DNA of 64,000 nucleotides from a virus, in IMG/VR virus record IMGVR_UViG_3300035438_000194, positions 1 through 64,000 of that record; one strand, given 5' to 3'. The translations under genes and the position numbers were made by a program. The notes under the pieces were generated by a model, which was given only the letters and a program-made list of their open reading frames with translations, was not told where the DNA came from and did not search any database. Positions 24,932-35,828 of the stretch are shown here, one piece after another (within the stretch, counting starts at the first letter, position 1; every line of letters starts with the position of its first letter).

Positions 24932-27128
24932 TATAGAGATTCCTACATGGGAGAATGGAGAGTGGTCAGTAACTACTTTTCCTACCCGTGATGACTTTAA
25001 GGAGTTTGTAGTTAGCATATTTAAAGAACCAGGTCAGTATCAGTTTGATGAAACTAGCTTAATGTTTAATGAACAGGCTAGACAATTCAATACTCAAGGG
25101 TTCTACTGCAAGTCTCCTCAGGGTACTAAGGACTTTATTGTATACTGGAATGATCAGAAGAACAAGTGTAGAACCGGAGCTATTTATAAAAGCAATGGTA
25201 ACGCTTGGTTTATTCCACGTGACTATTATATGTGGTTAAACTTTCTACCTATTTTTAATAAAGAGATTCAGAAGTTTGGTTTTGCGGATGTGAGAGATGC
25301 TCAGTATCATCTAGCTCTGTATGAATGTTTAGCAGAGTTACACTATAGACATTCTGCTATCTTAAAGAAACGTCAGATTGCATCATCATACTACCATGCT
25401 GGTAAGTTAATTAATCAGATCTGGTTTGAAGAAGGGGTTACTCTCAAGATGGGAGCTAGCCTCAAAGACTATATAAATGAGAAAGGTACATGGAAATTCT
25501 TAAATGAATATGAGGCATTCTTAAATCAACACACCGCTTGGTACCGTCCTATGAACCCTAACAAGGTTATGATGTGGCAACAAAAGATTGAGACTACCAC
25601 AGGTATACAGAAACGTAAATCTGAGATAGGTCTTAAGGGTGTAATGCAAGGGATGTCATTTGAGAAAGATCCTACTAACGGGGTAGGGGGACCATGTAAG
25701 TACTTCTTCCATGAGGAAGCTGGTATTGCTCCTAAGATGGATACAACCTTTGAGTACATCCGCCCTGCTATGAAATCAGGATTTATGACTACCGGGATGT
25801 TTATTGCCGCAGGATCTGTGGGTGACTTGTCTCAGTGTGAGCCACTGAAGAAGATGATAACTAGACCTGATGCTAATGATATCTACGCTATTGAGTCTGA
25901 CTTAATTGATGAGACTGGTGTTACAGGTAGAACAGGATTGTTTATTCCTGAACAATGGTCAATGCCGCCATACATTGACAACTTTGGTAACTCTAAGGTG
26001 GAGGAAGCATTACTAGCATTAGATGAACAGTTTGCTGAGTGGAAGAGAGAGTTAGATCCATCTGAGTATCAGCTCCGTATATCTCAGCACCCTAGAAATA
26101 TTAAAGAAGCATTTGACTTCAGAACTGTATCAGTATTCCCTTCTCACTTAGTGACTGCTCAGATACGCAGGATTGAAGATAAGATGTATCCATATGAGTT
26201 CTTAGATATCTACAGAGATGATCACGGTCTACCTGCTGTAAAGGAAACAAACAAGTTACCTATATCAGAGTTTCCAATTACTAAGAATACAGAAGATAAG
26301 ACCGGCACCCTTGTAGTGTATGAACGCCCTGTAAAGGATCCTGAGTTTGGGATGTACTATGCAAGTATTGACCCCGTGTCAGAAGGTAAGACAACTACGT
26401 CTGAATCCCTATGTTCTATCTATGTGTATAAGACACCTGTAGAGGTAACTAGGAATGATGGTGAAAAGGTTGAGACCTTTATAGAGAATGATAAGATTGT
26501 AGCAGCTTGGTGTGGACGCTTTGATGACATCAATAAAACACACGAGCGCTTAGAGTTAATTATTGAGTGGTATAATGCCTGGACTATTGTGGAGAATAAC
26601 ATTAGCCAGTTCATCAACCACATGATGTACAGAAAGAAACAGAAGTATCTGGTGCCTAGATCACAGATCTTGTTCTTAAAGGACATTGGTGCAAATGCCA
26701 ATGTGTTCCAAGAGTATGGATGGCGCAACACAGGTACCTTATTTAAAAGTCATATGGTAAGTTATGCTATTGAGTTCTTGAAAGAAGAGATTCATCAGCA
26801 AACAACTGATGATGGTAAAGTGGTTAAGACAACCTATGGTATTGAGAGAGTCCCAGATATAATGTTGCTCAAAGAAATGATGGCTTACAGAGATGGAGTC
26901 AACGTGGATAGACTTGTATCCTTTGCAGCCTTAATTGCTTTTGCTAAAGTACAGCAAGCAAATAGGGGTTATAAAAAACGTTATGAGGAAACAGGAGCAG
27001 CAAAAAACTTGGATAACCGCAATAATTTCAGTAAATTAAATATGAGCCCTTTCCGTCACATGGGTGGTGGTGGGCATAAGTTTGATGGTATGAAAATACC
27101 ACGATCACCTTTTAAAAATTTCAGATAG
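24915..27128 (+). CDS. terL: Terminase large subunit
   Basis: Walker A-like LKKRQIASSY, Walker B FFHEEAG, nuclease-domain SIDPV and DRLVS; directly before portal. Confidence 0.92.
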   Translation: MLKQFDIEIPTWENGEWSVTTFPTRDDFKEFVVSIFKEPGQYQFDETSLMFNEQARQFNTQGFYCKSPQGTKDFIVYWNDQKNKCRTGAIYKSNGNAWFIPRDYYMWLNFLPIFNKEIQKFGFADVRDAQYHLALYECLAELHYRHSAILKKRQIASSYYHAGKLINQIWFEEGVTLKMGASLKDYINEKGTWKFLNEYEAFLNQHTAWYRPMNPNKVMMWQQKIETTTGIQKRKSEIGLKGVMQGMSFEKDPTNGVGGPCKYFFHEEAGIAPKMDTTFEYIRPAMKSGFMTTGMFIAAGSVGDLSQCEPLKKMITRPDANDIYAIESDLIDETGVTGRTGLFIPEQWSMPPYIDNFGNSKVEEALLALDEQFAEWKRELDPSEYQLRISQHPRNIKEAFDFRTVSVFPSHLVTAQIRRIEDKMYPYEFLDIYRDDHGLPAVKETNKLPISEFPITKNTEDKTGTLVVYERPVKDPEFGMYYASIDPVSEGKTTTSESLCSIYVYKTPVEVTRNDGEKVETFIENDKIVAAWCGRFDDINKTHERLELIIEWYNAWTIVENNISQFINHMMYRKKQKYLVPRSQILFLKDIGANANVFQEYGWRNTGTLFKSHMVSYAIEFLKEEIHQQTTDDGKVVKTTYGIERVPDIMLLKEMMAYRDGVNVDRLVSFAALIAFAKVQQANRGYKKRYEETGAAKNLDNRNNFSKLNMSPFRHMGGGGHKFDGMKIPRSPFKNFR

Positions 27129-27129
27129 T

Positions 27130-29880
27130 ATGCAGGTATATAATGCGATGCAGTTAAAGAATGGGGCTAAGGGTGAGTACAACCGTATGGGTACTCTCAA
27201 TCAACCTGTTCAGTTTTTACCTAAATCTAAGAAGGACCAGGAATGGGCTGCTTGGAATATGGACTGGTTAGAGTGGGAGGGATTGAAACATGTACGCAGA
27301 AATGCGCGCAGATTCATGAAGAACTACAAACTAGCTAAAGGTATCATTGATAGAACTGACTATGTTGTTGAAGAAGACAATGAGCATGCTGATCTTATTG
27401 ATACACTTACAAGAGAAGATGCTTCTGCACTAGAACTAAAGTTCTATCCTATTGTACCTAACGTAATCAATACATTAGTATCTGAGTTTGCTAAAAGAAA
27501 TACCCGCGTTAGTTACACAGCTGTTGATGAGTACTCTTACAATGAGATGCTTGAACAGAAGCGTTCTAAGATTGAAGAGGTGCTTTTATTTGATGCACAG
27601 CAGAAGATGGCTATGAAGCTTGCAGAGATGGATCAAGATCCAGAGTCTGAAGAGTATCAACAAGCTATGCAACCACAGAACTTAAAGACACTACCAGAGA
27701 TTCAAGAGTTCTTTAATAAGGACTATAGAAGCATGGTAGAACAATGGTCTGAGCATCAGCACCGTGTGGATGTAGAAAGATTTAGAATGGATGAGTTAGA
27801 AGAGCGTGGTTTCCGTGATATGTTAATCACTGACCGTGAGTTCTGGCACTTCCGTATGTTGGAGGATGACTATGATGTTGAGTTATGGAATCCGGTTCTT
27901 ACATTCTACCACAAGTCACCAGCTTCACGTTATATCTCTCAAGGCCAATGGGTTGGTAAGTTTGATATGATGACTGTAGCAGATGTTATTGACCGTTATG
28001 GTTGGTGTATGACAGAAGATCAGATGAAAGCATTAGAGCTTATCTACCCTGTACGTTCTGCTGGTTATCCTATTCAAGGTTATCAGAATGATGGTACCTA
28101 CTATGATGCTACCAAGTCTCATGACTGGAATACTAAGATGCCTTCATTAGGTTACCGTCAGTTTACATCTATGTGGGACAATGCTCACTATGGTGGGGAC
28201 ATTGTTAACTGGATCATGATGAATGATGAGGACTATCTAGATATGGGTATGAGTAACATGTTACGTGTTACAACTGTATACTGGAAATCACAACGTAGAG
28301 TTGGCCATCTTACTAAGATCTCTGATAATGGTAACATTACACAAGATATTGTTGATGAGACATATAAGGTTACAGATAAGCCAGTTTACAACGCTAACAT
28401 TATCAAGAATAAGACTAAGGATAACTTAGTATTTGGTGAACACATTGACTGGATCTGGATTAATGAGGTATGGGGTGGTGTTAAAATTGGACCTAACCGT
28501 CCTACATTCTGGGGAAGTAATAACCCTGGAGGTATTAACCCTATCTACTTAGGAATTAATGAGAATAACATTAAGCCTATTAAGTTCCAATTCAAAGGTG
28601 ATAACTCTCTATATGGATGTAAGTTACCAGTAGAAGGTTCTGTATTCTCTGACCGTAACACAAGATCTACTTCTCTAGTAGACTTAATGAAACCATTCCA
28701 GATTGGATACAACATTGTAAATAACCAGATTGCTGACATCCTAGTAGATGAATTAGGAACTGTTATCTTACTGGATCAGAATGCTTTACCAAGACACTCA
28801 CTAGGAGAAGATTGGGGAAAGAACAACTTAGCCAAAGCATATGTGGCTATGAAGAACTTCCAGATGTTACCATTGGATACTTCTATTACTAATACAGAGA
28901 ACGCATTAGCATTCCAGCATTACCAGAAGCTTGACCTTGAGCAAACTAACCGCTTGATGTCACGTATTCAATTGGCTAATTACTTTAAGTTACAAGCGTT
29001 TGAAACTATTGGTATTACACCACAACGTCTAGGACAACAGATTGGACAACAAACTGCTACAGGAGTTGAGCAATCAGTTAATGCTAGCTATGCTCAAACT
29101 GAAACTTACTTCATACAACACTGTGATTATTTGATGCCTCGCGTGCATCAGATGCGCACAGACTTAGCACAGCACTATCAATCAACCAAACCATCTACAA
29201 GATTACAGTACATCACATCAATGGATGAACGTAAGAACTTTGAGATCAATGGTACTGATTTGCTTCTAAGAGACCTTAACATATTCTGTACTACCAAAGC
29301 TAATCATAGAGCTATGCTTGAGCAACTTAAGCAGATGGCTATCCAGAACAACACAACTGGTGCTAGCATCTATGACCTTGGTAATGTCCTTAAGTCTGAG
29401 TCTATCGCTGAAGTATCTAACATCCTTAAAGAGGCTGAGAAGAAACAACAAGCTGAGAAACAACAACAGATGCAGTCTCAACAACAAATGCAAGATCAAA
29501 TGCTTCAGGCTAAGGCTGAGGAAGCTAAGATGAAGATGGAGTTTGAAGCTGCTGAGAATGCTAAGGATCGTGAAGCTGATATCCTCCAGGCTCAAATTAA
29601 GGCTGCTGGATACGGTGCTATGCAGGATATGAACCAGAACCAAGAGAGTGACTATGTAGACTACATGGATAAGCTACAGAAGACTGAACAGTATCAGGAG
29701 ACTATGAACTTTGATCGTCAGAAAGAGACCACAAAGCAAATGGAACACCGTGATAAGATGAATATAGAACAACAAAAAATACAAGCTCAACAACAAATAG
29801 CTCAGACTCAATTGCAAATTGCTCGTGAAAACAAGAACAAATTTGACAAGGCGTCTGATGATAAAAAGAAGAAGAAGTAA
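27130..29880 (+). CDS. Portal protein
   Basis: 916 aa after TerL; GITPQRLGQ, Q-rich coiled-coil C-terminus; crAss-like gene order. Confidence 0.88.
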   Translation: MQVYNAMQLKNGAKGEYNRMGTLNQPVQFLPKSKKDQEWAAWNMDWLEWEGLKHVRRNARRFMKNYKLAKGIIDRTDYVVEEDNEHADLIDTLTREDASALELKFYPIVPNVINTLVSEFAKRNTRVSYTAVDEYSYNEMLEQKRSKIEEVLLFDAQQKMAMKLAEMDQDPESEEYQQAMQPQNLKTLPEIQEFFNKDYRSMVEQWSEHQHRVDVERFRMDELEERGFRDMLITDREFWHFRMLEDDYDVELWNPVLTFYHKSPASRYISQGQWVGKFDMMTVADVIDRYGWCMTEDQMKALELIYPVRSAGYPIQGYQNDGTYYDATKSHDWNTKMPSLGYRQFTSMWDNAHYGGDIVNWIMMNDEDYLDMGMSNMLRVTTVYWKSQRRVGHLTKISDNGNITQDIVDETYKVTDKPVYNANIIKNKTKDNLVFGEHIDWIWINEVWGGVKIGPNRPTFWGSNNPGGINPIYLGINENNIKPIKFQFKGDNSLYGCKLPVEGSVFSDRNTRSTSLVDLMKPFQIGYNIVNNQIADILVDELGTVILLDQNALPRHSLGEDWGKNNLAKAYVAMKNFQMLPLDTSITNTENALAFQHYQKLDLEQTNRLMSRIQLANYFKLQAFETIGITPQRLGQQIGQQTATGVEQSVNASYAQTETYFIQHCDYLMPRVHQMRTDLAQHYQSTKPSTRLQYITSMDERKNFEINGTDLLLRDLNIFCTTKANHRAMLEQLKQMAIQNNTTGASIYDLGNVLKSESIAEVSNILKEAEKKQQAEKQQQMQSQQQMQDQMLQAKAEEAKMKMEFEAAENAKDREADILQAQIKAAGYGAMQDMNQNQESDYVDYMDKLQKTEQYQETMNFDRQKETTKQMEHRDKMNIEQQKIQAQQQIAQTQLQIARENKNKFDKASDDKKKKK

Positions 29881-29985
29881 ACTTTAGCTATAGTATGGCA
29901 TTTAAAAAAAATAATGCATCAATCTTTAAAGTTTAAACCACTACTTTTGTGTATATTGATATTGTAGACTAAAACCAACAAACTA

Positions 29986-31227
29986 ATGGCTACTGAAGAA
30001 AAAACCAACCAGATGGAGACAACCTCCATTGAACAAGTAGAAATGAACCTAGATGAACTTCTAGGTACACCGGGTGCAGAAAACGTTATGCTCCCAGAGG
30101 CTGATAAGAAACCGAGTATTTTTACTCAGGAGAAAACAGACCTTTCCTTTATTGATAATGACACAGATGAAGAGGACTCTGAGTCAGATGATAAAAAACC
30201 TAAGGATAATCCTGCGGATGTTATTAAAGAACTTGATGATGAGTTCTTAGGAGCACCTGCAGATACTGAGGATGAACCAAAGAAATCTAGTGCAGGGAGA
30301 CCTAAAGTAGATAAGAGTGGTGTTAGTGAACTTTTCAATAAACTTATTGAGAAGGGACAGATTGTACCATTTGATGATGACAAACCATTGGATGAGTATA
30401 CTCTAAAGGATTTTGAAGAACTTATGGAAGCTAACATAGCTGAAAGAGAGAACAAGATCCGTGAGACTACACCAGTTGAATTCTTTGATTCATTACCAGA
30501 AGAACTACAAGTTGCTGCAAAGTATGTAGCAGACGGTGGTGAAGATCTAAAAGGTTTATTCCGTATTCTTTCTGAAGTAGAAGAAGCACGTCAGTTAGAT
30601 CCTAATGATGGTAAAGATCAAGAACACATTATTAGAGAATACCTAAGAGCTACCAATTTTGGTAATGAAGAGGAGATTGATGAAGAGATCTATGAATGGA
30701 AAGACAGAGGTGAGCTAAAGGCTAAAGCTTTAAAGTTCAAACCAAAGTTGGATAAAATGCAAGAGCAAGTAGTTGCTCAGAAGTTAACCCAACAGGAGAA
30801 CATGCGTAAGCAACAGCAGAATGCAGCTCAAGCGTATATGCAAAACGTATACAACACTCTGAATGCAGGTGAGGTAAACGGTATTAAGTTAGACAAGAAG
30901 GTACAAGGTTTATTGTATACAGGTCTTGTTCAACCTAACTACCCATCAATCTCTGGTAAACAAACTAATATGCTAGGACACCTCCTAGAGAAGTATCAAT
31001 ATGTTGAACCAAGACATGACCTTATTGCTGAAACACTTTGGTTACTAGCTGATCCTGAAGGATACAAGGCTAAGATCAGAGAGCAAGGTAAAACTGCACA
31101 AGTGGAGAAAACTGTACGTCAACTTAAGACTGAACAAGCTAAGATGGCAAGTAGTACTCCTGTTATAGAAAAAGAAGAAACAACTCAAAGAAGAATCCCT
31201 CGCGGGGGTGGCTTCTTTAAGCGATAA
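29986..31227 (+). CDS. Acidic scaffold-like head protein
   Basis: Highly acidic, helical, between portal and capsid genes. Confidence 0.7.
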   Translation: MATEEKTNQMETTSIEQVEMNLDELLGTPGAENVMLPEADKKPSIFTQEKTDLSFIDNDTDEEDSESDDKKPKDNPADVIKELDDEFLGAPADTEDEPKKSSAGRPKVDKSGVSELFNKLIEKGQIVPFDDDKPLDEYTLKDFEELMEANIAERENKIRETTPVEFFDSLPEELQVAAKYVADGGEDLKGLFRILSEVEEARQLDPNDGKDQEHIIREYLRATNFGNEEEIDEEIYEWKDRGELKAKALKFKPKLDKMQEQVVAQKLTQQENMRKQQQNAAQAYMQNVYNTLNAGEVNGIKLDKKVQGLLYTGLVQPNYPSISGKQTNMLGHLLEKYQYVEPRHDLIAETLWLLADPEGYKAKIREQGKTAQVEKTVRQLKTEQAKMASSTPVIEKEETTQRRIPRGGGFFKR

Positions 31228-31257
31228 TTAATTAACCCTTAAATAAACAAAAAAAAC

Positions 31258-32877
31258 ATGGCAACTCCAGTTTTAAACAATGGTATATTTCTACGAGATA
31301 CCAACTACGCAGCTAGTTCACACGTAGATTCTTACCACTTGGTTAACATGCTCAAGAATGCTGAACCTATGGATTTAGGACCAGTAGATCTTTGGGCAAT
31401 GGCGCAAAAGGTAGAAATGCCTTTGTACCAAATGTCTAGCTTTGGTGGAAAGAACGTTATCAATGTTGACAATGCAAGAGGTGAGTACAAATGGCAAACG
31501 CCAATTGTAATGGATCTTCCTTACATTGTTGATGATATCTTGACCGATGGTGATACCTTAGGAAGAGATGGTCAAACTTTCCAAATCAAAATGTCTCGTA
31601 GAGAATTTGGACATGGTGATATCATCACTTATGACAAATACAACGGGGCTGAGATGTACATCGTTCCTACTGAGGATATCATTCCATTAGGTGACGGTTT
31701 CTTGTACACTGTTCAATTGGTGAACAACGACAGTACTTATGGATTGGATACTTCTATCCTTGCTCCAGGTACTAAGATCTTCCGTAAAGGTTCTGCTCGT
31801 GGTGAGTACGGAGAGCGTTTCTCTGACATCGTGACTGCAACTGGTTTCCGTGAATTCTACAACTTTGTAGGAGGAGCTGAAGCACACGTACACTATTCTG
31901 TATCTTCACGTGCTGATCTTATGATCAAAGGTGGAATGAACGCAGATGGTACTGTACCAGTAGTAGAGATCTGGCGCAACTTTGACAAAACTTCTGATCC
32001 ATCTGTAACTAGTCTTGAGACTATGGTTTCACGCATGGGTAAGGACTATGTTAAGCGTGCTGTAAACAACGGTTCATTATCTCGTACTTTCTTAACTGCA
32101 ATGGAAGCAGCTCACTTGACTAAAGTAGCTACTGACATCGAGACCTACTTAATGTGGGGACAAGGTGGACGTGTACGTCAAGACGGTCCGGATGACTTGC
32201 GTTTATCTGTGGGTCTTTGGAAGCAATTGGATAACTCATTCAAGCGCATCTATAACAAGTCTAACTTCAACTTGGATTTGTTCCGTTCAGAGATTTATAA
32301 CTTCTACGCTGGTAAGGTTGACTTCCAAGGACCAGATCCTAAGCGTCAGTTGATTGTACAAACTGGAATGGGTGGTATGCGTATGGTTAACGAAGCAATC
32401 AAGCGTGAAGCAATGTCTTCTGGATTGTTGATCCAAGCTGCTGACATCGGAGCAATCACTGGTAAAGGTATGGACTTGAACTTTGGATTTGCTTACACTT
32501 CTTATGTTATCCCATTCTTGGCTAACGTTAAGTTTGTGTTGAACCCAGCGTTTGATAACTTACATACTAACGACATTGAAAACCCAATCATTGATGGTTT
32601 CCCATTGTCTTCTTACTCATTCATTATCTTTGATATCACAGATAACACTAATGACAACATCTTCTTGTTGAAGTTATCTTGGGATAATCAATTGAAGTGG
32701 TGGTACCAAAACGGAACTATGGATTACATGGGACGTACCCAAGGTTTCCAAAGCTCTGGTCAATTCAACGGATACCGTGTATTCATGACACAAACAATGC
32801 CTGCGATCTGGGTTAAAGACCCAACCAAAGTATTGAAGATTGTTATGCGTAACCCGGTTACTGGCGGATCATTCTAA
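31258..32877 (+). CDS. Major capsid protein
   Basis: 539 aa, strong codon bias, YLMWG and GLWKQL motifs, strong terminator downstream. Confidence 0.88.
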   Translation: MATPVLNNGIFLRDTNYAASSHVDSYHLVNMLKNAEPMDLGPVDLWAMAQKVEMPLYQMSSFGGKNVINVDNARGEYKWQTPIVMDLPYIVDDILTDGDTLGRDGQTFQIKMSRREFGHGDIITYDKYNGAEMYIVPTEDIIPLGDGFLYTVQLVNNDSTYGLDTSILAPGTKIFRKGSARGEYGERFSDIVTATGFREFYNFVGGAEAHVHYSVSSRADLMIKGGMNADGTVPVVEIWRNFDKTSDPSVTSLETMVSRMGKDYVKRAVNNGSLSRTFLTAMEAAHLTKVATDIETYLMWGQGGRVRQDGPDDLRLSVGLWKQLDNSFKRIYNKSNFNLDLFRSEIYNFYAGKVDFQGPDPKRQLIVQTGMGGMRMVNEAIKREAMSSGLLIQAADIGAITGKGMDLNFGFAYTSYVIPFLANVKFVLNPAFDNLHTNDIENPIIDGFPLSSYSFIIFDITDNTNDNIFLLKLSWDNQLKWWYQNGTMDYMGRTQGFQSSGQFNGYRVFMTQTMPAIWVKDPTKVLKIVMRNPVTGGSF

Positions 32878-32896
32878 TCAAACTATATGTAAAACG

Positions 32897-32922
32897 GGGG
32901 AGAGTCAAATCTCCCCTTTTTT
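32897..32922 (+). terminator. Intrinsic terminator after the capsid gene
   Basis: GGGGAGA-GTCAAA-TCTCCCC-TTTTTT. Confidence 0.85.
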
Positions 32923-32961
32923 ACTACCTTTACAAAAACCAATAAAATAAAACCAACTATT

Positions 32962-33975
32962 ATGAGCTTTACACTTGTAGAAACTAAGTCCAGTACTAAG
33001 CGTAGTCCTGTGGCTGTTAAACCTTACTTTGACGGAAATTTATCAAACATGGGTCTAGAGAAATACGGACTATCATTGTTTGAAGGAGTAACCCACTATG
33101 AACAACTAGCATGCCTTGAGAACAATGGTATCAAGCGTTATGTTACAGGTCTTAATGAGTTTGCACCGGATGTTAGAAACATTCCAGATCCTGAGAAGCG
33201 TGAGGCAAAGATTAGAGAGATTAGATCAGCTGTTGCTGAACTAGAAAAGATTCTAGCTGCTAATACAGTAGACATAGATGACAAAGACTTCTGGCACAAA
33301 GTTGAATTGTTAAAACCTAACAATGATGAATTTTGGGGCAAGATTGAAATGAAGTGTGGTAATGATCCTATATTCTTAGATCCTACAGATCCTTATGATT
33401 TGATTAAGATCTACGCAATTAATGCTGGAGGATTCAGCATCATTGCAAAGAGCTATGAGGATGCACGCTCACGTCAGAAGGCACCTAAGTTCTTTTTAGA
33501 TAGATTTGAAGACACTGTATCTACTAAGACTGAAAGTAAGAAATTACGTAACAAAGCACTTGCTGAGTTACAGAAGATATTTGATAAGAATACAAACAAA
33601 CTACTTTTTGTAGCTAAGGTTGTAGACATTGCTGGAGCACAATATAAGAAAGCTACTTCTAATGATGTTGTTTATGATAACATGGATAGCTTTATTAATG
33701 GAGAGGGAAGTGAGAAGAATCTAAACAGAGCGGCCCAAATGTTTTTGGATACCTGCAATTTGGATATGGAGACGTTGAAGTTACGTGCTATGGTTAAGGA
33801 TGCTACTTACTACAAGATCATCATTACAAAAGCAGATGGATTTATCTACCACAAAGATAACGCAGCGTTATTAGGTAGAAACCAAGCGGATGTAGTTGAG
33901 TATCTTAAGAACCCGTTGAATGATGAAATTCTTCAGGATATTACAAAAAAAGTAGAGAAGTTTTGGAATTCTTAA
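32962..33975 (+). CDS. Conserved crAss-like head-module protein following the capsid gene
   Basis: 337 aa; position; C-terminal LGRNQADVVEYLKNPLN. Confidence 0.7.
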   Translation: MSFTLVETKSSTKRSPVAVKPYFDGNLSNMGLEKYGLSLFEGVTHYEQLACLENNGIKRYVTGLNEFAPDVRNIPDPEKREAKIREIRSAVAELEKILAANTVDIDDKDFWHKVELLKPNNDEFWGKIEMKCGNDPIFLDPTDPYDLIKIYAINAGGFSIIAKSYEDARSRQKAPKFFLDRFEDTVSTKTESKKLRNKALAELQKIFDKNTNKLLFVAKVVDIAGAQYKKATSNDVVYDNMDSFINGEGSEKNLNRAAQMFLDTCNLDMETLKLRAMVKDATYYKIIITKADGFIYHKDNAALLGRNQADVVEYLKNPLNDEILQDITKKVEKFWNS

Positions 33976-34008
33976 TTAACTTAGTATAAACTATATATAT
34001 TAAATACA

Positions 34009-34842
34009 ATGCCAAAAAATCCAGTAAGAGCGGCCCGTCAAGCATCTAGACAGGCAATCCGCACTGCAAAAACTGCAAATCGTCAAGATGCACGTACTTT
34101 AAAGACTACTGCTAAAGTAGAAAAGATTGCTAATAAAACAGCTAGCAAGATAGCTAAGATCAAAGCTGCTGCACCTAAGAGAGCTGCTGAAGCTCCAATG
34201 GAGAAAATAGAAGCTAAAGGAATGACTAAGATTAGTTCACCTAAATCTTCAGGACCAGTTAAGTCTACTCCACGTTCTATGACTGAAGTAGCTAAAGGAA
34301 TGAAGCCTAAGAAGTCTGCTTCTAGGTCAGGTTCTAGATCTGGTTCAGGTGGCGGTGGTGGAAGACCAGCTCCAGCAAGAACTACTCCTGTTTCAGAAAC
34401 TATTAAAAAGTCTGCTGAAAAAATGGGATGGGATCTTAATAAGAAGAACACACCGAAAGGTAAGGGTATTTATGATGGCATGAGCAAAGATGCTATGGAC
34501 TATTCTGCTCGTGATATTATTAGAGGTGGAAAGAATACCGTAAAAGAGACTGGAAGACAGATCAAGATGTACGGTGAGGCTAAAGGGCGTCAAGCTAATG
34601 ACAGTTATGAAGGTGCGAAACAAGCTGTAAAACGCGGTCTTGATATGATCAATCCTTTCAGCACTAAGAAAAAAGGTGGATCTGTTAAGAAATATCAAAC
34701 TGGCGGTAAGGTAGATCCTTATACAACTAAGCCTACAGCTACATCACCTATGTACAAAAGATCAGGTGTTACTTTAAAAAAGAATCCTGATGGTACATAT
34801 ACTAAAGCTAAAGTAGGTGGAATGGTTAAACGTAAAAAATAA
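34009..34842 (+). CDS. Lys/Arg-rich low-complexity protein (putative internal DNA-binding)
   Basis: Very basic; xxGG motifs. Confidence 0.65.
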   Translation: MPKNPVRAARQASRQAIRTAKTANRQDARTLKTTAKVEKIANKTASKIAKIKAAAPKRAAEAPMEKIEAKGMTKISSPKSSGPVKSTPRSMTEVAKGMKPKKSASRSGSRSGSGGGGGRPAPARTTPVSETIKKSAEKMGWDLNKKNTPKGKGIYDGMSKDAMDYSARDIIRGGKNTVKETGRQIKMYGEAKGRQANDSYEGAKQAVKRGLDMINPFSTKKKGGSVKKYQTGGKVDPYTTKPTATSPMYKRSGVTLKKNPDGTYTKAKVGGMVKRKK

Positions 34843-34848
34843 TATATT

Positions 34849-35064
34849 ATGAAAGCTTCAGGAAAAGGGATTGGTGGAAAATCCAACCCAAACAACAAAT
34901 CAGTATTTAACTATACTCCTACATCATTAGGTAAGTCATCAGGTCATGTTAACGCATCACCAAAGGCTACTAAGATTTCTGCTGGTAAATCTTCAGGTCA
35001 TGTGAACAAACCAGTTCCTATGCCTAAGAGAAGTGGTGCTACACAAATGCGTAGAGGATACTAA
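34849..35064 (+). CDS. Small basic protein with a duplicated GKSSGHVN motif
   Basis: 71 aa ORF. Confidence 0.65.
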   Translation: MKASGKGIGGKSNPNNKSVFNYTPTSLGKSSGHVNASPKATKISAGKSSGHVNKPVPMPKRSGATQMRRGY

Positions 35065-35065
35065 G

Positions 35066-35197
35066 ATGAATACTATACTAGATAAAAAAGAGGCTAGTAA
35101 ATTAATTGGTGCTTCAAAGTCCCCAGCCTATAAAAAGGGCGGGGCTTTGACATCTATCTACCCTACTAAAAAAGATGGCTGCGGCTGCAAGAAGTAA
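35066..35197 (+). CDS. Small basic protein (43 aa)
   Basis: Manual translation MNTILDKKEASKLIGASKSPAYKKGGALTSIYPTKKDGCGCKK*; TAATG coupling to the next gene. Confidence 0.6.
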   Translation: MNTILDKKEASKLIGASKSPAYKKGGALTSIYPTKKDGCGCKK

Positions 35198-35535
35198 TGC
35201 CTAAAGATGCTTGCTATAGTAAAGTAAAAGCACAGTATGCTGTGTTCCCCTCAGCGAGGGCTTCTCAGGCTATTGCTAAATGTAGAAAAGGATCTGGTAC
35301 AGTTAGAAAAACTAAAGCAGGTTCTGATCTAAAAAGATGGCAAGCTGAAAAGTGGCAAGATACTAAGAGTGGTAAAGCTTGTGGTGCAGGTGGTAAGAAT
35401 GAATATTGCAGACCCACCAAGAAAATATCTAAGGATACGCCTAAAACAAAATATCAACTTACTCCATCTAAACTAGCTGCTAAGAAAGCAGAAAAGTCTA
35501 GAGTGGGTATGGGTAACAGAGTTAAAAAAGCATAA
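35197..35535 (+). CDS. Small basic phage protein (DUF5872-like)
   Basis: LKRWQAEKW...CG...YCRP. Confidence 0.55.
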   Translation: MPKDACYSKVKAQYAVFPSARASQAIAKCRKGSGTVRKTKAGSDLKRWQAEKWQDTKSGKACGAGGKNEYCRPTKKISKDTPKTKYQLTPSKLAAKKAEKSRVGMGNRVKKA

Positions 35536-35536
35536 T

Positions 35537-35809
35537 ATGGCAAAGACACCAGCTTGGACCCGCAAGGAAGGTAAAGACCCAAAAGGAGGTCTTAATAAAA
35601 AAGGTGTAGCATCTTATAGAGCTGCTAACCCGGGAAGCAAGTTACAGACCGCTGTAACTACTAAACCTTCCAAGTTAAAACCTGGAAGTAAAGATGCTAA
35701 CAGAAGAAAGAGCTTCTGTGCTAGAATGTCTGGTATGCCCGGACCTATGAAAGATGAGAAAGGCAAACCTACAAGGAAAGCCTTATCACTTAGAAAATGG
35801 AATTGTTAA
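35537..35809 (+). CDS. Small basic phage protein (DUF6321-like)
   Basis: AWTRKEGKDPKGGLN...RRKSFCARM...SLRKWNC. Confidence 0.65.
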   Translation: MAKTPAWTRKEGKDPKGGLNKKGVASYRAANPGSKLQTAVTTKPSKLKPGSKDANRRKSFCARMSGMPGPMKDEKGKPTRKALSLRKWNC

Positions 35810-35828
35810 ATATTAAAACTTATATACA

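Noticed and set aside
24915-32877. Introns or inteins in terminase, portal or capsid genes
   Set aside because: ORFs are continuous, of ordinary length, with no intein junction motifs seen
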